From an uncultured Candidatus Saccharibacteria bacterium (GTDB taxonomy: Bacteria; Patescibacteriota; Minisyncoccia; UBA6257; Colwellbacteraceae): 64,000 nt of DNA. Position numbers and translations under genes: made by a program. The notes beneath the pieces were generated by a model. The model was not told the origin of the DNA. It was given only the letters and a program-made list of their open reading frames with translations, and did no database searches. The stretch spans positions 6,526 to 70,525 of the forward strand of contig CAYHTW010000001.1 of the NCBI GenBank assembly GCA_964360065.1, read 5' to 3'. Positions 18,622-28,462 of this stretch are shown here, piece after piece. The first letter of the stretch is position 1. The number at the start of each line of letters is the position of its first letter.

Positions 18622-18627
18622 ATTATA
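18622..18627 (-). promoter_or_regulatory. -10 box for predicted leaderless murA
   Basis: TATAAT-N7-GTG. Confidence 0.55.
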
Positions 18628-18634
18628 TAGAATA

Positions 18635-19933
18635 ATGTCTTCTCGTTCCAGAAAACTATTATTCCGGATTTCTGCCCTCTTTTTCTTTATAGTGGGGGGG
18701 TTTTTGGTGGCATATTCATTCGGTATTAAGCTGGACTTAACCAACCTGACCTTCAGTGAAACGGGCGGTATCTACATTAAAAGTACTCCAGCCGAAGTGG
18801 AGATTTGCCTTGATGGAAAGAAGATCAAAAATACTTCCAGTTTTTTCCAAGCTGGGACACTCGTAGATAACTTAAGAGAAAGAGAATATCGTCTGGTGCT
18901 TCGTGACGACGGTTACTTTGACTGGCAGAAAAACGTCAAGGTCTCTCCATCGTTAGTTAATGTTTTTGATAGTATTGTTATGGTCCCCCAGAAAGAACCC
19001 GTGAAAATCGCTGAACCCGCCGACAAGATAGAACTACTTGGAGATATTCTCATCACAGAAAGGAATAAAAGCATCTATGCCGACGGGGTAAAGATACCTG
19101 GGAGTAAAATAGTAGATACGACCCCGAATGATTCAGTTATAACTTATGATAATGGGAATAAAAATTACTACCTGATCAGCCTTTCTAATCCCAACTCATA
19201 TCTCAATATCAACGATATTTTTAATAACCTTAAAGAAGACAAACTAGGGCTCTTTGGGACAGTATCAATACTCAAAGTGACCTTCCATCCCTTCAATAAA
19301 GATAGACTTATAGTAAGAAGCCGCGGGGCTCTTTACAACATAGATACATCCAGATCTACGATAGAAAAAGTGGCAGATGGCACTACCGAATTCAAAACGC
19401 AAGGAAACAACCTTTTCTTTTATATTTCAGACGGGCTTTATCGCTACAACCTAATCTTCAGAACTACTACTAAACTTGCTCCTCTCTCAGACCTGAAAAC
19501 TATAAAAGATTTTGCAGGCACATCTTCTGGCGGAGTCGTTACTCTATACCAGAGTGGTGAGTTGGATCTCATCTTCGGCGACAACCCAGTAAAAATTGCC
19601 GACAAAGCGAAACTTTTCGCAGTATCAGACAGCGGTAAGTTAATAGCTTTTGGAGACAATGATCAGTCGCTTCACGTTTACGATACAGATAAATTAAAGT
19701 ATGCGAACATTAAGAATGGTGTTGCCGGCAATTTGAGCAAAATTGTCTGGTACAAAGATAATAATCACCTCTTATTACAAAGCGATGACTCTCTCTACTT
19801 TAGTGAAATCAGCGAAATTGACCCCGTGAACTCCTTCAAGATAGCCTCTAACATTAAAGACTTTTCTTATGACGAAGATAAAAACACTGTCTATATTAAT
19901 TCCACAGGCGGGGTACTTAAATACGAAATTTAG
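18635..19933 (+). CDS. PEGA-domain membrane-anchored protein with beta-rich C-terminus
   Basis: N-terminal TM, TGGIYIKSTP, GYFDWQK; beta-propeller-like remainder. Confidence 0.75.
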   Translation: MSSRSRKLLFRISALFFFIVGGFLVAYSFGIKLDLTNLTFSETGGIYIKSTPAEVEICLDGKKIKNTSSFFQAGTLVDNLREREYRLVLRDDGYFDWQKNVKVSPSLVNVFDSIVMVPQKEPVKIAEPADKIELLGDILITERNKSIYADGVKIPGSKIVDTTPNDSVITYDNGNKNYYLISLSNPNSYLNINDIFNNLKEDKLGLFGTVSILKVTFHPFNKDRLIVRSRGALYNIDTSRSTIEKVADGTTEFKTQGNNLFFYISDGLYRYNLIFRTTTKLAPLSDLKTIKDFAGTSSGGVVTLYQSGELDLIFGDNPVKIADKAKLFAVSDSGKLIAFGDNDQSLHVYDTDKLKYANIKNGVAGNLSKIVWYKDNNHLLLQSDDSLYFSEISEIDPVNSFKIASNIKDFSYDEDKNTVYINSTGGVLKYEI

Positions 19934-19947
19934 GTAAGCCCTTAGGA

Positions 19948-20706
19948 TCAACCAGTTAAAACTTCTCCTCCTTTAAGCGTAACAAGAATAGTATGTTCAA
20001 AATGGGCCGAAAGACTACCATCAGCAGTCACAAAGCTGTCATCTGGCAGTTGAACGGCTCTCTTGGTGGAGACACTGGTCATGGGCTCTATGGCTATCAC
20101 CATATTAGCTTTAAGTGGAAGTCCTTTGCCTGGCTTGCCGTAATTGTAGATAACGGGGTCTTCGTGGATTGCGCTACCGACGCCATGCCCCGTTAACCCT
20201 TCTATAACCTTAAAATTACTTCTTTCCACTGTACGGGTAACCGCGTGGCCTATGTCCCCTAAAGTGTGTCCATCTTTAACCACCTTAATGGCTTCTACGA
20301 GAGCGTCTCTGGTAGTCTTAATAAGACTAAGGGCATCTTTCCCTACTTTGCCTATAGGAACAGTGACGGCTGCATCGGTAATCCCTCCGTGGAAGTCCAC
20401 TCCTAAGTCCAACTTTAGAACATCGCCTGAAACCAACTTATAAGCCGATGGTAAACCATGCACGATAGTGTCATTGACTGAAGCACATAGAGTGTATGGA
20501 AACTTTTTCATGGCTCCATCCGGCTTATAACCCAGGAAGGCCGGCTTGCCGCCCTTTTCTTTAATAAGATTATAAGCCACATTATCAAGCTCCAGTAACG
20601 TTATCCCAGGCTTAGCAATGTTCTTTAGTTCACGCAAAACAGAACCGAGAATCTTGCCAGATTGTCTGATTTTCTCTATTTGGCTTTCCGTCTTAATTAA
20701 GCTCAA
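19948..20706 (-). CDS. map: Methionine aminopeptidase type I
   Basis: CASVNDTIVHG, GHGVG..IHEDP, AIEPM, SAHFEHT. Confidence 0.95.
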   Translation of the reverse strand: MSLIKTESQIEKIRQSGKILGSVLRELKNIAKPGITLLELDNVAYNLIKEKGGKPAFLGYKPDGAMKKFPYTLCASVNDTIVHGLPSAYKLVSGDVLKLDLGVDFHGGITDAAVTVPIGKVGKDALSLIKTTRDALVEAIKVVKDGHTLGDIGHAVTRTVERSNFKVIEGLTGHGVGSAIHEDPVIYNYGKPGKGLPLKANMVIAIEPMTSVSTKRAVQLPDDSFVTADGSLSAHFEHTILVTLKGGEVLTG

Positions 20707-20720
20707 TTTATTTATGAGGC

Positions 20721-21419
20721 TTATACTTTCATAATTTCTTTCTTAACGGAATTAAAAACCTTGAAAGGCAAAGCATCTCCTTTTATTTCCACAACCCTAT
20801 AACCATCTTTTCGGATAGCTGTGAAGACTGGTAGGGTTTTAAGATTGAATTCAACTAATCTGTCTCTGATAATTGAAGGACGATCTAGGGTTCTTTTAAC
20901 CAGCTTCCCACCACAGAAAGGACAAGGATTATAAGTCGTAAAGTTCTCGGTGCCCATGACTCTTAGGAGCGGTGAGCCACAAACCGAGCAAATCAGCCTA
21001 CTGCTATTTCTTTTTATAGAGGTTTCTGGCGAGACTTTCAGAAGAAAGAAAAGCATGTTTTTGCGACCGTAGAGTTTCTTCATAATCGGAAGTAAGTTTT
21101 TGGCTTCACTGACAGTACGTGGCGAACCACTTAATACTAGCCCTAAGCCGGCACGGGCGATTTCTTCCATCCTTAAACCTACAACTTTTAAAACCCACGA
21201 GGTTGAGAGAAGTTTGCCGGTATCAAAAAGAGTTCTCTCTCTACGCACTTCAGCACTCTTTAAAGCCACTGGGTCGTGCACTAAAGATTCTAAGTACTTA
21301 CCAGTATCAAAATGAGTAAAACCGAAATAACGGGCTGTTAAATCAGCTTGGGTGCCCTTACCGGCGCCAGGAGGGCCGTATATGACTATGACTTTAGGTT
21401 TAACAAAACGTGGCTGCAT
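20721..21419 (-). CDS. adk: Adenylate kinase (zinc lid)
   Basis: GPPGAGKGTQ, GSPR, CxxC..CxxC lid; lies between secY and map. Confidence 0.88.
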   Translation of the reverse strand: MQPRFVKPKVIVIYGPPGAGKGTQADLTARYFGFTHFDTGKYLESLVHDPVALKSAEVRRERTLFDTGKLLSTSWVLKVVGLRMEEIARAGLGLVLSGSPRTVSEAKNLLPIMKKLYGRKNMLFFLLKVSPETSIKRNSSRLICSVCGSPLLRVMGTENFTTYNPCPFCGGKLVKRTLDRPSIIRDRLVEFNLKTLPVFTAIRKDGYRVVEIKGDALPFKVFNSVKKEIMKV

Positions 21420-21426
21420 TAATTTA

Positions 21427-21432
21427 ATTATA
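21427..21432 (-). promoter_or_regulatory. -10 box for predicted leaderless adk
   Basis: TATAAT-N7-ATG. Confidence 0.55.
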
Positions 21433-21449
21433 CAGCCGATATGACACGC

Positions 21450-22733
21450 TTACCTAAGCGTGTCATATTCTCTAGCTGCAACCTGAGAGTCTATTTGTTT
21501 GGCGGTGTCCAGCGCCACGGCTACGACAATGAGAAGCGCCGTGCCTCCAATAGTAAGAGACTGAATTTCGCTGAATACTAACTGAGTAAACGTAGGGAGT
21601 ACCGCTATCAGACCCAAGAAGGTGGCTCCGAAGAGAGTAACTCTGGAAATTATCTTCTTTAAAAACCCTCCAGTGGATTCTCCGGGTCTGATGCCAGGAA
21701 CGAAACCTCCGGATCTCTGCAAATTCTTGGAAATCTCAGCTGGGTCAAAAGTAACTGAAGTGTAGAAGTAGGTGAAGACGAAAACCAGGAAGAAGTAAGC
21801 TGCGGCATAGATGTACTGATTAGTAACCAACTCCTGCGACCAGGCATTTATAACCGTTCCGACAGAGGGCCAAAAGTGGGCCAAAATTCCTCCAAAGAAT
21901 CCCGGGAAAAGAAGTATTGAAATAGCAAAGATAATCGGGATAACTCCGGCCTGGTTAACCTTCAGGGGTAAATAAGAGGAAACTCCTCCATAAACTTTAT
22001 TGCCGCGAATCCGCTTGGCATAAGAAACAGGAACCTTTCTCTCCCCCTCGTTAAGCATAACAACTCCGCCAGTAACTATGAGAGCCAAAACGATAAAAAT
22101 CAGATATGTAGTAATAGGAGTGGCGCCAGGTATGTAGCTTGCGTAGGCTTGCCCTATGGCCAAGGGTAGCCCGCTAACAATACCGGCGAAGATAAGGAGT
22201 GAGGTTCCATTGCCCATTTTTTGTTCTGTAATAATTTCTCCAAACCAAACTAAAATCATGGTGCCGGCAGTAACCACTATTACGTTAATTAATATCTGAG
22301 TCATGCTAAGCTCTCCGATTACTCCCTGAGAGGCCAGAACCCTTAAGAAGGCGTAAGTGTTAAGGGCGGCTAAAGGAACAGTTAAATATCTAGAGATGCG
22401 GTTAAATTTAGATCTGCCTTGGGCGCCTTCCTCATAGTAAAGCCTCTTCAATTTAGGGAAAATCATAGTTAGAAGCTGCATGATGATGGTGGCAGTAATG
22501 TAGGGGCCCAAGCCCAACATGACTATAGAAAGATTCGCAAGTGAGCCGCCAGCTAAAATATTAAATAAACCTAAGAATTCGTTACCTGACAAAAAGCTCC
22601 TTAAGGCTTCTGGATTAACTCCAGGCACTGGAATATTAGCCAGCACTCGGAAGCAAACCAAGACTACGCCAATCGCAAGAAGCTTATTTCTAAGTTCCTG
22701 AACCCTGAAAATAGTGAGAACTTTGTCAAACAT
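21450..22733 (-). CDS. secY: Preprotein translocase SecY
   Basis: LGPYITA, GNGTSLLIFAGI, GVIPIIFA, PGIRPG, GGTALLIVV. Confidence 0.97.
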   Translation of the reverse strand: MFDKVLTIFRVQELRNKLLAIGVVLVCFRVLANIPVPGVNPEALRSFLSGNEFLGLFNILAGGSLANLSIVMLGLGPYITATIIMQLLTMIFPKLKRLYYEEGAQGRSKFNRISRYLTVPLAALNTYAFLRVLASQGVIGELSMTQILINVIVVTAGTMILVWFGEIITEQKMGNGTSLLIFAGIVSGLPLAIGQAYASYIPGATPITTYLIFIVLALIVTGGVVMLNEGERKVPVSYAKRIRGNKVYGGVSSYLPLKVNQAGVIPIIFAISILLFPGFFGGILAHFWPSVGTVINAWSQELVTNQYIYAAAYFFLVFVFTYFYTSVTFDPAEISKNLQRSGGFVPGIRPGESTGGFLKKIISRVTLFGATFLGLIAVLPTFTQLVFSEIQSLTIGGTALLIVVAVALDTAKQIDSQVAAREYDTLR

Positions 22734-22738
22734 ATATA

Positions 22739-22969
22739 CTAAGCTTTCTTAAAAACTCTGACCTTTTTACCTTGCTTGGTCTTATTCTTAGAACCGCGCA
22801 GTTTAGGCAAGCGTTGAATTAAATCCCTCTCGGCTGGTCTAATTCTGTGTCCGGACCTGGCTTTCTGACCCTTAGTACCACGGCCTGAAGTAGTGCCACG
22901 TTTGCCGCCACGGCCAATGCGCTTCTTACTTCTTAAATCGTGATCTGGTTGTAAGGTATGTAACTGCAT
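22739..22969 (-). CDS. rplO: 50S ribosomal protein uL15, C-terminally truncated (76 aa)
   Basis: RIGRGGKRGTTSGRGTKGQKARSG, RLPKLRG; position before secY. Confidence 0.88.
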   Translation of the reverse strand: MQLHTLQPDHDLRSKKRIGRGGKRGTTSGRGTKGQKARSGHRIRPAERDLIQRLPKLRGSKNKTKQGKKVRVFKKA

Positions 22970-22970
22970 A

Positions 22971-23432
22971 TTATTTGGATCTAATAGTTTTTAAAGCCAT
23001 TATGGTCGCCACGGCATAGTTTAATTTATTGCTGCTAGCTCCGAGGCATTTTGCGGTAACGTCTTTCACTCCAGCTAATTTCAGAACAACTCGGGGAGCT
23101 CCTCCGGCGACTAATCCATGACCGACTACGGCGGGTTTAATTAAAACCGAAGCCGCGCCAAATTTAGCTTTGACCTCATGAGGGATAGTCTTGCCATTCA
23201 TCTTAACATCAATCATATTCATTTTGGCGGTATTCCTAGCTTTAGTAATAGCCTGCTCAACATCCAAGCCTTTAGCCACACCAACTCCAACCTTACCTTT
23301 AAGATCCCCAACCACCATTGTAGCTCTAAACCTCATTCTTTTACCTCCGGAGACAACCCTAGTGACTCTCCTTAAATCAATGACCGCTTCCTCTAAGTTA
23401 TCTTTCTTAAACCTATTTCTGTCTCTTTCCAT
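22971..23432 (-). CDS. rpsE: 30S ribosomal protein uS5
   Basis: RVTRVVSGGKRMRF, GHGLVAGG. Confidence 0.95.
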   Translation of the reverse strand: MERDRNRFKKDNLEEAVIDLRRVTRVVSGGKRMRFRATMVVGDLKGKVGVGVAKGLDVEQAITKARNTAKMNMIDVKMNGKTIPHEVKAKFGAASVLIKPAVVGHGLVAGGAPRVVLKLAGVKDVTAKCLGASSNKLNYAVATIMALKTIRSK

Positions 23433-23442
23433 GGCTATATGT

Positions 23443-23802
23443 TTATACCTTTATTCCCTCTTCTCTTAAGGCCTCTGCTACGGCTCGGACTCTGCCATGA
23501 TAAGCGTATCTGCCTCTGTCAAAAATCACGACTGTCAAATTAGCATGCTTCATACCGGCGGCTACGGCCTTGCCTAAGGCAGTAGATGCGGAAACTTTAG
23601 TCTCATGAGACTTATTCTTACCGGCTCCAAGAGTAGAGAAGGACATAAGAGTCTTTCCAGATGAGTCGTCGATAAGCTGGGCGTACAAATATTTGTTGCT
23701 CCTGAAGATTGAAAGTCTGGGCTTTTCGACCGTACCGTTAATTCTAGCCCTAACCCTATTAGACCTCCTATCCCTAATTTTATTTAATAGTTTAGTAACC
23801 AT
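23443..23802 (-). CDS. rplR: 50S ribosomal protein uL18
   Basis: PRLSIFRSNKYLYAQLIDD, FDRGRYAYHGRV; start moved to MVTK. Confidence 0.93.
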   Translation of the reverse strand: MVTKLLNKIRDRRSNRVRARINGTVEKPRLSIFRSNKYLYAQLIDDSSGKTLMSFSTLGAGKNKSHETKVSASTALGKAVAAGMKHANLTVVIFDRGRYAYHGRVRAVAEALREEGIKV

Positions 23803-23806
23803 AATT

Positions 23807-24349
23807 TTAAGCAGAGGTGGTAGCCTTCTTGCCATCCTTCCTTCTAATTACTTCACCCTTATATCTTATACCCTTACCCTTATAAGGTTCAGGCTTTTTG
23901 ATTCTTCTAATCTTAGCGGCAGTTTCGCCGACAACTTCTTTATTAGCGCCAGAGAGAGTAACCAAATCTTTAGCTACAACAATCTTAATGCCCTCGGGTA
24001 TAGCGAAACTAACTGGGTGGGAAAACCCAACGTTCAAAACCAAATTAGTTGCTTTAACTTCAGCCTTAAAACCCACGCCTTCAATAACAAGTTCTTTAAC
24101 AAAATCCTCTGTGGCCCCTTGTACAGCGTTAGCGGTTAGGGCTCTCACTGTACCCCAATTGCTGACCGTCTGTTTATCCTTAATTACCGGAACAAAAACA
24201 ATTTCATTGTCTTTGATGGCAACCTTAACACCCTTTAACATTTTTACAGTCAAGGCGCCGTTTTTACCCTTGACCTCAAGCGAGCCGTCTTTCTCCGAAA
24301 CGGTTACACCCGGCGGTATAGTTACTGGTTGTTTACCTATCTTAGACAT
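23807..24349 (-). CDS. rplF: 50S ribosomal protein uL6
   Basis: MSKIGKQPV, PEPYKGKGIRY; start moved to MSKIG. Confidence 0.95.
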   Translation of the reverse strand: MSKIGKQPVTIPPGVTVSEKDGSLEVKGKNGALTVKMLKGVKVAIKDNEIVFVPVIKDKQTVSNWGTVRALTANAVQGATEDFVKELVIEGVGFKAEVKATNLVLNVGFSHPVSFAIPEGIKIVVAKDLVTLSGANKEVVGETAAKIRRIKKPEPYKGKGIRYKGEVIRRKDGKKATTSA

Positions 24350-24356
24350 AATATTT

Positions 24357-24740
24357 TTACCAAATTTCAAAAAGAAGTTCCCCTCCAAGTTTGTTTCTTC
24401 TTGCCTCCTTATCAACCATTACTCCCTTTGGAGTTGATAAAAAGAAATTGCCGTATCCTTGGTGAGACTTCTTGATATCTTTCCAACCTACATAGACTCT
24501 TTTAGACGGGCGGCTGATAAGCTTAATATCGGAGATGCGAGACTTCTCTTCTTTGTCATACTTCAATTTAATCTCTATCACACGCTTTACCCCCCTACCC
24601 TTTTTCTGGATTTCGTTTAAGTAACCAGTCTTGACCAAAGATTCCAAAACATTTTCTTCAAACTGAGAATAAGGCACCTTAACCCGGTCCTTTTCTCTAG
24701 TCATAGCGTTTTTAATTCTAATTAAAGTATCTATATACAT
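24357..24740 (-). CDS. rpsH: 30S ribosomal protein uS8
   Basis: LIRIKNA, ISRPSKRVY, STPKGVM, GGELL. Confidence 0.95.
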   Translation of the reverse strand: MYIDTLIRIKNAMTREKDRVKVPYSQFEENVLESLVKTGYLNEIQKKGRGVKRVIEIKLKYDKEEKSRISDIKLISRPSKRVYVGWKDIKKSHQGYGNFFLSTPKGVMVDKEARRNKLGGELLFEIW

Positions 24741-24744
24741 ATTC

Positions 24745-24930
24745 TTACCAAGAAGCTTTTTTAACTCCTGGGATCATGCCCCGACCGGCTAGTTCTCTAA
24801 AACAAATCCTGCACAAATCAAAATCCCTAATATAACCCCTTTTCCTGCCACAACGAAAACAACGCCTGACGGCCCTAGTGCTGTATTTCGGCTTTTTATT
24901 CGCCCTAGCTATGACTGATGATTTGGCCAT
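24745..24930 (-). CDS. rpsN: 30S ribosomal protein uS14 (zinc, type Z)
   Basis: [24 protein letters not shown]. Confidence 0.95.
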   Translation of the reverse strand: MAKSSVIARANKKPKYSTRAVRRCFRCGRKRGYIRDFDLCRICFRELAGRGMIPGVKKASW

Positions 24931-24931
24931 T

Positions 24932-25411
24932 TTACTTTTTTAGAGGGACTCCTATTTTTTTAAAGAATTCCATACCCTCCGCCTTGGTCTTTGTGCCGGC
25001 AACAAAAGTCACCTCAACTCCGAAGTTGGTACGGGACACTTCAGGATTAATCTCAGAAAAAACAGTATGCTCTTTAATACCTATTGTCAAGTTCCCTCTA
25101 TCATCAAAATTGCCAGTATCAATGCCCCTAAAGTCTTTAACGCGAGGTAAGGAAACGTTGATGAAACGGTTAAAGAAATCTTGCATTCTTTTACCTCTCA
25201 AAGTAGCCATAGCGCCGATAGTATCTCCTTCACGTGACTTGAAAGCAGCGATGGATTTCTTGGCTTTTCTGGTAGCTGGTTTCTGGCCGACGATAAGGGC
25301 AAGCTCCCCTAAAAGACCAGGGAGAATTTTGTCATCAAACTGGGCATTGCTCTGCCTCATCTTACCCACACCCACTGAAACTACTATTTTTACTAATTTG
25401 TGGCTTTGCAT
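24932..25411 (-). CDS. rplE: 50S ribosomal protein uL5, N-terminally short
   Basis: [36 protein letters not shown]. Confidence 0.92.
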   Translation of the reverse strand: MQSHKLVKIVVSVGVGKMRQSNAQFDDKILPGLLGELALIVGQKPATRKAKKSIAAFKSREGDTIGAMATLRGKRMQDFFNRFINVSLPRVKDFRGIDTGNFDDRGNLTIGIKEHTVFSEINPEVSRTNFGVEVTFVAGTKTKAEGMEFFKKIGVPLKK

Positions 25412-25698
25412 TTTTTACAAACTCTTTCTTTTTTATCCCCGATTATCATGTGGCCAACCCTAGTAGGCTTACCACAGACAGAACAGATCAACATAACTTT
25501 AGAAACTGTAATTGGAGCGGAAATACTGATAATCTGGCCCTTCTCCCCCTGCTTCCTGGCTTTAACGTTCTTTTTAACCAGATTTAGACCCTCAACTATA
25601 ATCTTGCCTTCCGCAGTCCTAACCTTAAGAACCTTGCCGGACTTACCCTTGTCCCGGCCTTTTAATATTAAAACTTTATCTCCTTTCTTGATGTTCAT
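25393..25698 (-). CDS. rplX: 50S ribosomal protein uL24
   Basis: IKKGDKV..GRDKGKSG, VEGLN. Confidence 0.95.
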   Translation of the reverse strand: MNIKKGDKVLILKGRDKGKSGKVLKVRTAEGKIIVEGLNLVKKNVKARKQGEKGQIISISAPITVSKVMLICSVCGKPTRVGHMIIGDKKERVCKKCKATN

Positions 25699-25712
25699 AT
25701 TTTTAGACTATA

Positions 25713-26078
25713 TCAAACTATATCCTGCGCCAAAGAAATTATTTTATCGTAACCTAATTCTTTTAGTTCTCTAGGTATTGGTCCGAAAATTCTGGTCGCC
25801 TTGGGCTCTTTCTTATCAACCAAAACAGCGGCGTTGTCGTCAAATTTGATGTAACTGCCGTCAGGACGCCTGATATGATTCCTAGTGCGGACTATAACAG
25901 CCTTAACAATATCCTTTTTCTTAACAGCTTTCCTAGGCTCGGCAACTTGGACGGAAGCGATAACTATATCTCCCAATTTGGCATACCTTTTACGACTGCC
26001 ACCTGGGATTCTGAAAACCCTGATGGTTTTGGCTCCACTATTATCCGCTACTTTTAATATGGATCTTTCTTGAATCAT
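25713..26078 (-). CDS. rplN: 50S ribosomal protein uL14
   Basis: [21 protein letters not shown]. Confidence 0.96.
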   Translation of the reverse strand: MIQERSILKVADNSGAKTIRVFRIPGGSRKRYAKLGDIVIASVQVAEPRKAVKKKDIVKAVIVRTRNHIRRPDGSYIKFDDNAAVLVDKKEPKATRIFGPIPRELKELGYDKIISLAQDIV

Positions 26079-26082
26079 CCTT

Positions 26083-26331
26083 TTAGTTTTTAACCACTAT
26101 CCACCTCTTTTCCCGCGACTTGGGTTTGGTCTCTTCTATAATCACATGATCACCGACCTTAGCTTCGTTACTCTCATCGTGAGCCTTAAAGCGATCTGTC
26201 ACCTTGTACTGCTTGCCATACTTGGGGTGAATCTTCAGACGAACAACTTCAACCACAACAGTTTTCTGCATCTTGTCGCTCACAACCTTGCCAGATAATC
26301 TCCTTTTAAGTTTTATAATTTCGTTAGCCAT
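26083..26331 (-). CDS. rpsQ: 30S ribosomal protein uS17
   Basis: [20 protein letters not shown]. Confidence 0.95.
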   Translation of the reverse strand: MANEIIKLKRRLSGKVVSDKMQKTVVVEVVRLKIHPKYGKQYKVTDRFKAHDESNEAKVGDHVIIEETKPKSREKRWIVVKN

Positions 26332-26533
26332 TATTTTGCAAATCTCTTTCCTTAATAAATGTTTTTATTCTAGCGATGGTCTTCTTAGTATCTTTAATAA
26401 GAAATATATTCTTCACTTTCCCAGCTGCCAAGTCAAACTTAGAAGAACTTAAAAGTTCTTCACTTTCCTTAAGCCGCTTTTGAAGCTCGGTGCTACTTTT
26501 GGCTTTTAAGTTTTCTATTTCTTTTCTCTTCAT
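26324..26533 (-). CDS. rpmC: 50S ribosomal protein uL29
   Basis: KKTIARIKT; position in S10 operon. Confidence 0.9.
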   Translation of the reverse strand: MKRKEIENLKAKSSTELQKRLKESEELLSSSKFDLAAGKVKNIFLIKDTKKTIARIKTFIKERDLQNNG

Positions 26534-26538
26534 CTTAT

Positions 26539-26949
26539 TTATTCCTTAACTACCTTAGTTTTAACCGGCAACTTGTGACCCGCAAGAGTTAAGGCACGAT
26601 TAGCCATTTCTTCGGAAATACCGTCTATTTCGAACAGAATCCTGCCAGGACGAACCGGAAAAACGTAGTGATCAACAGAACCTTTACCACCACCCATGGT
26701 GACTTCAGGGGGCCTCTTTGTAATAGGCTTATCTGGGAAAATTCTGATCCAGAATTTACCGCCACGCTTGGTAAAGTTACTCACCGTACGCCTAGCGGCC
26801 TCAATCTGACGAGAGGTAATCCAAGCCGACTCCAGAGCCTTCAAGCCGTAAGAACCGTAAGAAATAGTGGCGCCCCTCCCATCCACGGTACGCTTGCGGT
26901 TCCTGCCCTTATGCCACTTTCTGTGTTTTACTTTTTTGGGTATAAGCAT
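26539..26949 (-). CDS. rplP: 50S ribosomal protein uL16
   Basis: [23 protein letters not shown]. Confidence 0.96.
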   Translation of the reverse strand: MLIPKKVKHRKWHKGRNRKRTVDGRGATISYGSYGLKALESAWITSRQIEAARRTVSNFTKRGGKFWIRIFPDKPITKRPPEVTMGGGKGSVDHYVFPVRPGRILFEIDGISEEMANRALTLAGHKLPVKTKVVKE

Positions 26950-26952
26950 GTT

Positions 26953-27603
26953 CTAATTATTTTTTTCTTTGTCAAAAATTTCGCCTTTGTAAATCCAAAC
27001 CTTAATACCTACAGTGCCGTAAGTAGTAAAAGCAGTCGCCTCTCCATAATCTATATCGGCTCTTAATGTTGAGAGTGGCAGTTTACCCTTAGATAAGTGT
27101 TCGCGTCTGGCGATTTCACCTCCGTCAAGCCTGCCACTAATGGCAATCTTGCCTCCCTGAACACCCCTGTTCTGCATGATAGTATCAAGATACTTTTTGA
27201 TAGTCCTTCTGAACCTAATTCTTTTCTCCAAGTCCCAGGCAATGTTTTGAGCTATAACTTGAGAGGAAACTTCAGTGCGTCTTAATTCTTCAACGTTAAG
27301 GTTCAGGGCAGTTTTAGCCTTAAATACTTTCTGCAATTCTTTATCCAAGTCCTCTATGCCTTTACCGCCACGGCCGATGATAAGGCCTGGCCTGGAAGCT
27401 TTGATAGTAACGCGGCACTTTTCGCCGGTGCGCTCAATATCAATGGAGGCAACTCCGGCTAAGCCGATCTTCTTCATGATAATCTTCCTAATAGCCTCAT
27501 CCTCTTTTAGGAACTGGCCCATATTCTTACGGGAAAACCACCTGGAACTCCAAGGTTTGGTAATGCCTAATCTGAACGAATCGGGTCTGATCTTAGTTGC
27601 CAT
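26953..27603 (-). CDS. rpsC: 30S ribosomal protein uS3
   Basis: FRLGI, RPGLIIGRGG, PLSTLRADIDY; start moved to MATK. Confidence 0.95.
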   Translation of the reverse strand: MATKIRPDSFRLGITKPWSSRWFSRKNMGQFLKEDEAIRKIIMKKIGLAGVASIDIERTGEKCRVTIKASRPGLIIGRGGKGIEDLDKELQKVFKAKTALNLNVEELRRTEVSSQVIAQNIAWDLEKRIRFRRTIKKYLDTIMQNRGVQGGKIAISGRLDGGEIARREHLSKGKLPLSTLRADIDYGEATAFTTYGTVGIKVWIYKGEIFDKEKNN

Positions 27604-27607
27604 GTTT

Positions 27608-28105
27608 TTAAATTGATTTCCTTTGGAACATTTTCTTGAAGAATCCAGGCTTAAACTCATCACCCACTTTCTTTACCGCATCGGCCTTCGGCTTATGATC
27701 GTGACCGCTGTGGTCAACTTTAGATTTCTTCTCTTTCTTAACTTCATAGATAGTATATCTGTTAACAAGATTCTCCTTTTCTCCGAGAGTAACACTCAAA
27801 TGACTCATCTTCTTCTGAATAGGTGTAGCTCTGCCTTGAGCTCTCGGCAGGAAACGTTTTAACATCGGGCCCTGATTAACGGTGATGGACTCTATAAAAA
27901 GCTTATTGACGTCCATATTTTTATTTTTGGCGTTAGCCACGGCGGACTTTAAAAGCTTAGAAATGGAGGGGACAGAACGCCACGGCATCAATTGCAACTG
28001 AGCTATACTTTCGTTGACTGTTTTGCCCTTCAGGATATCCGAAACTAATCTCACCTTTCGGGGGGCAATTCTTAAGTTGTAGATTGTAGCTTTGGCTTTA
28101 TTCAT
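27608..28105 (-). CDS. rplV: 50S ribosomal protein uL22 with C-terminal extension
   Basis: RIAPRKVRLV, SAVANA, PRAQGRA. Confidence 0.94.
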   Translation of the reverse strand: MNKAKATIYNLRIAPRKVRLVSDILKGKTVNESIAQLQLMPWRSVPSISKLLKSAVANAKNKNMDVNKLFIESITVNQGPMLKRFLPRAQGRATPIQKKMSHLSVTLGEKENLVNRYTIYEVKKEKKSKVDHSGHDHKPKADAVKKVGDEFKPGFFKKMFQRKSI

Positions 28106-28110
28106 ATCTT

Positions 28111-28455
28111 TTATTTCTTACCTCCAGCAGCCGGCTTAGCGGCGGCGGATGCAGGAGCGGCAGCGGATATAGCCGCTGCTGTTTCCAATTCTTTCTGCAT
28201 TTTACCTCCGTGTTTAACGAATTTCCTGGTCAGAGAAAACTCACCCAGCTTGTGCCCAACCATATCTTCCGTAATCACAATGTTCACAAAATCCTTGCCG
28301 TTATGGACACCCATAACAAAACCGATAAATTCCGGAGTAATCGTAGCGCTTCTGGCCCAAGTCTTGATAACGGTTTTATCCCCGGCCTTAAGCTGGCTCA
28401 CTTTTTTCAAGAGCTTGGCGTCAATGTAAGGTCCTTTTTTAGAGCTTCTAGGCAT
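28111..28455 (-). CDS. rpsS: 30S ribosomal protein uS19 with Ala-rich tail
   Basis: [22 protein letters not shown]; start moved to MPRS. Confidence 0.95.
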   Translation of the reverse strand: MPRSSKKGPYIDAKLLKKVSQLKAGDKTVIKTWARSATITPEFIGFVMGVHNGKDFVNIVITEDMVGHKLGEFSLTRKFVKHGGKMQKELETAAAISAAAPASAAAKPAAGGKK

Positions 28456-28462
28456 GGGTATA

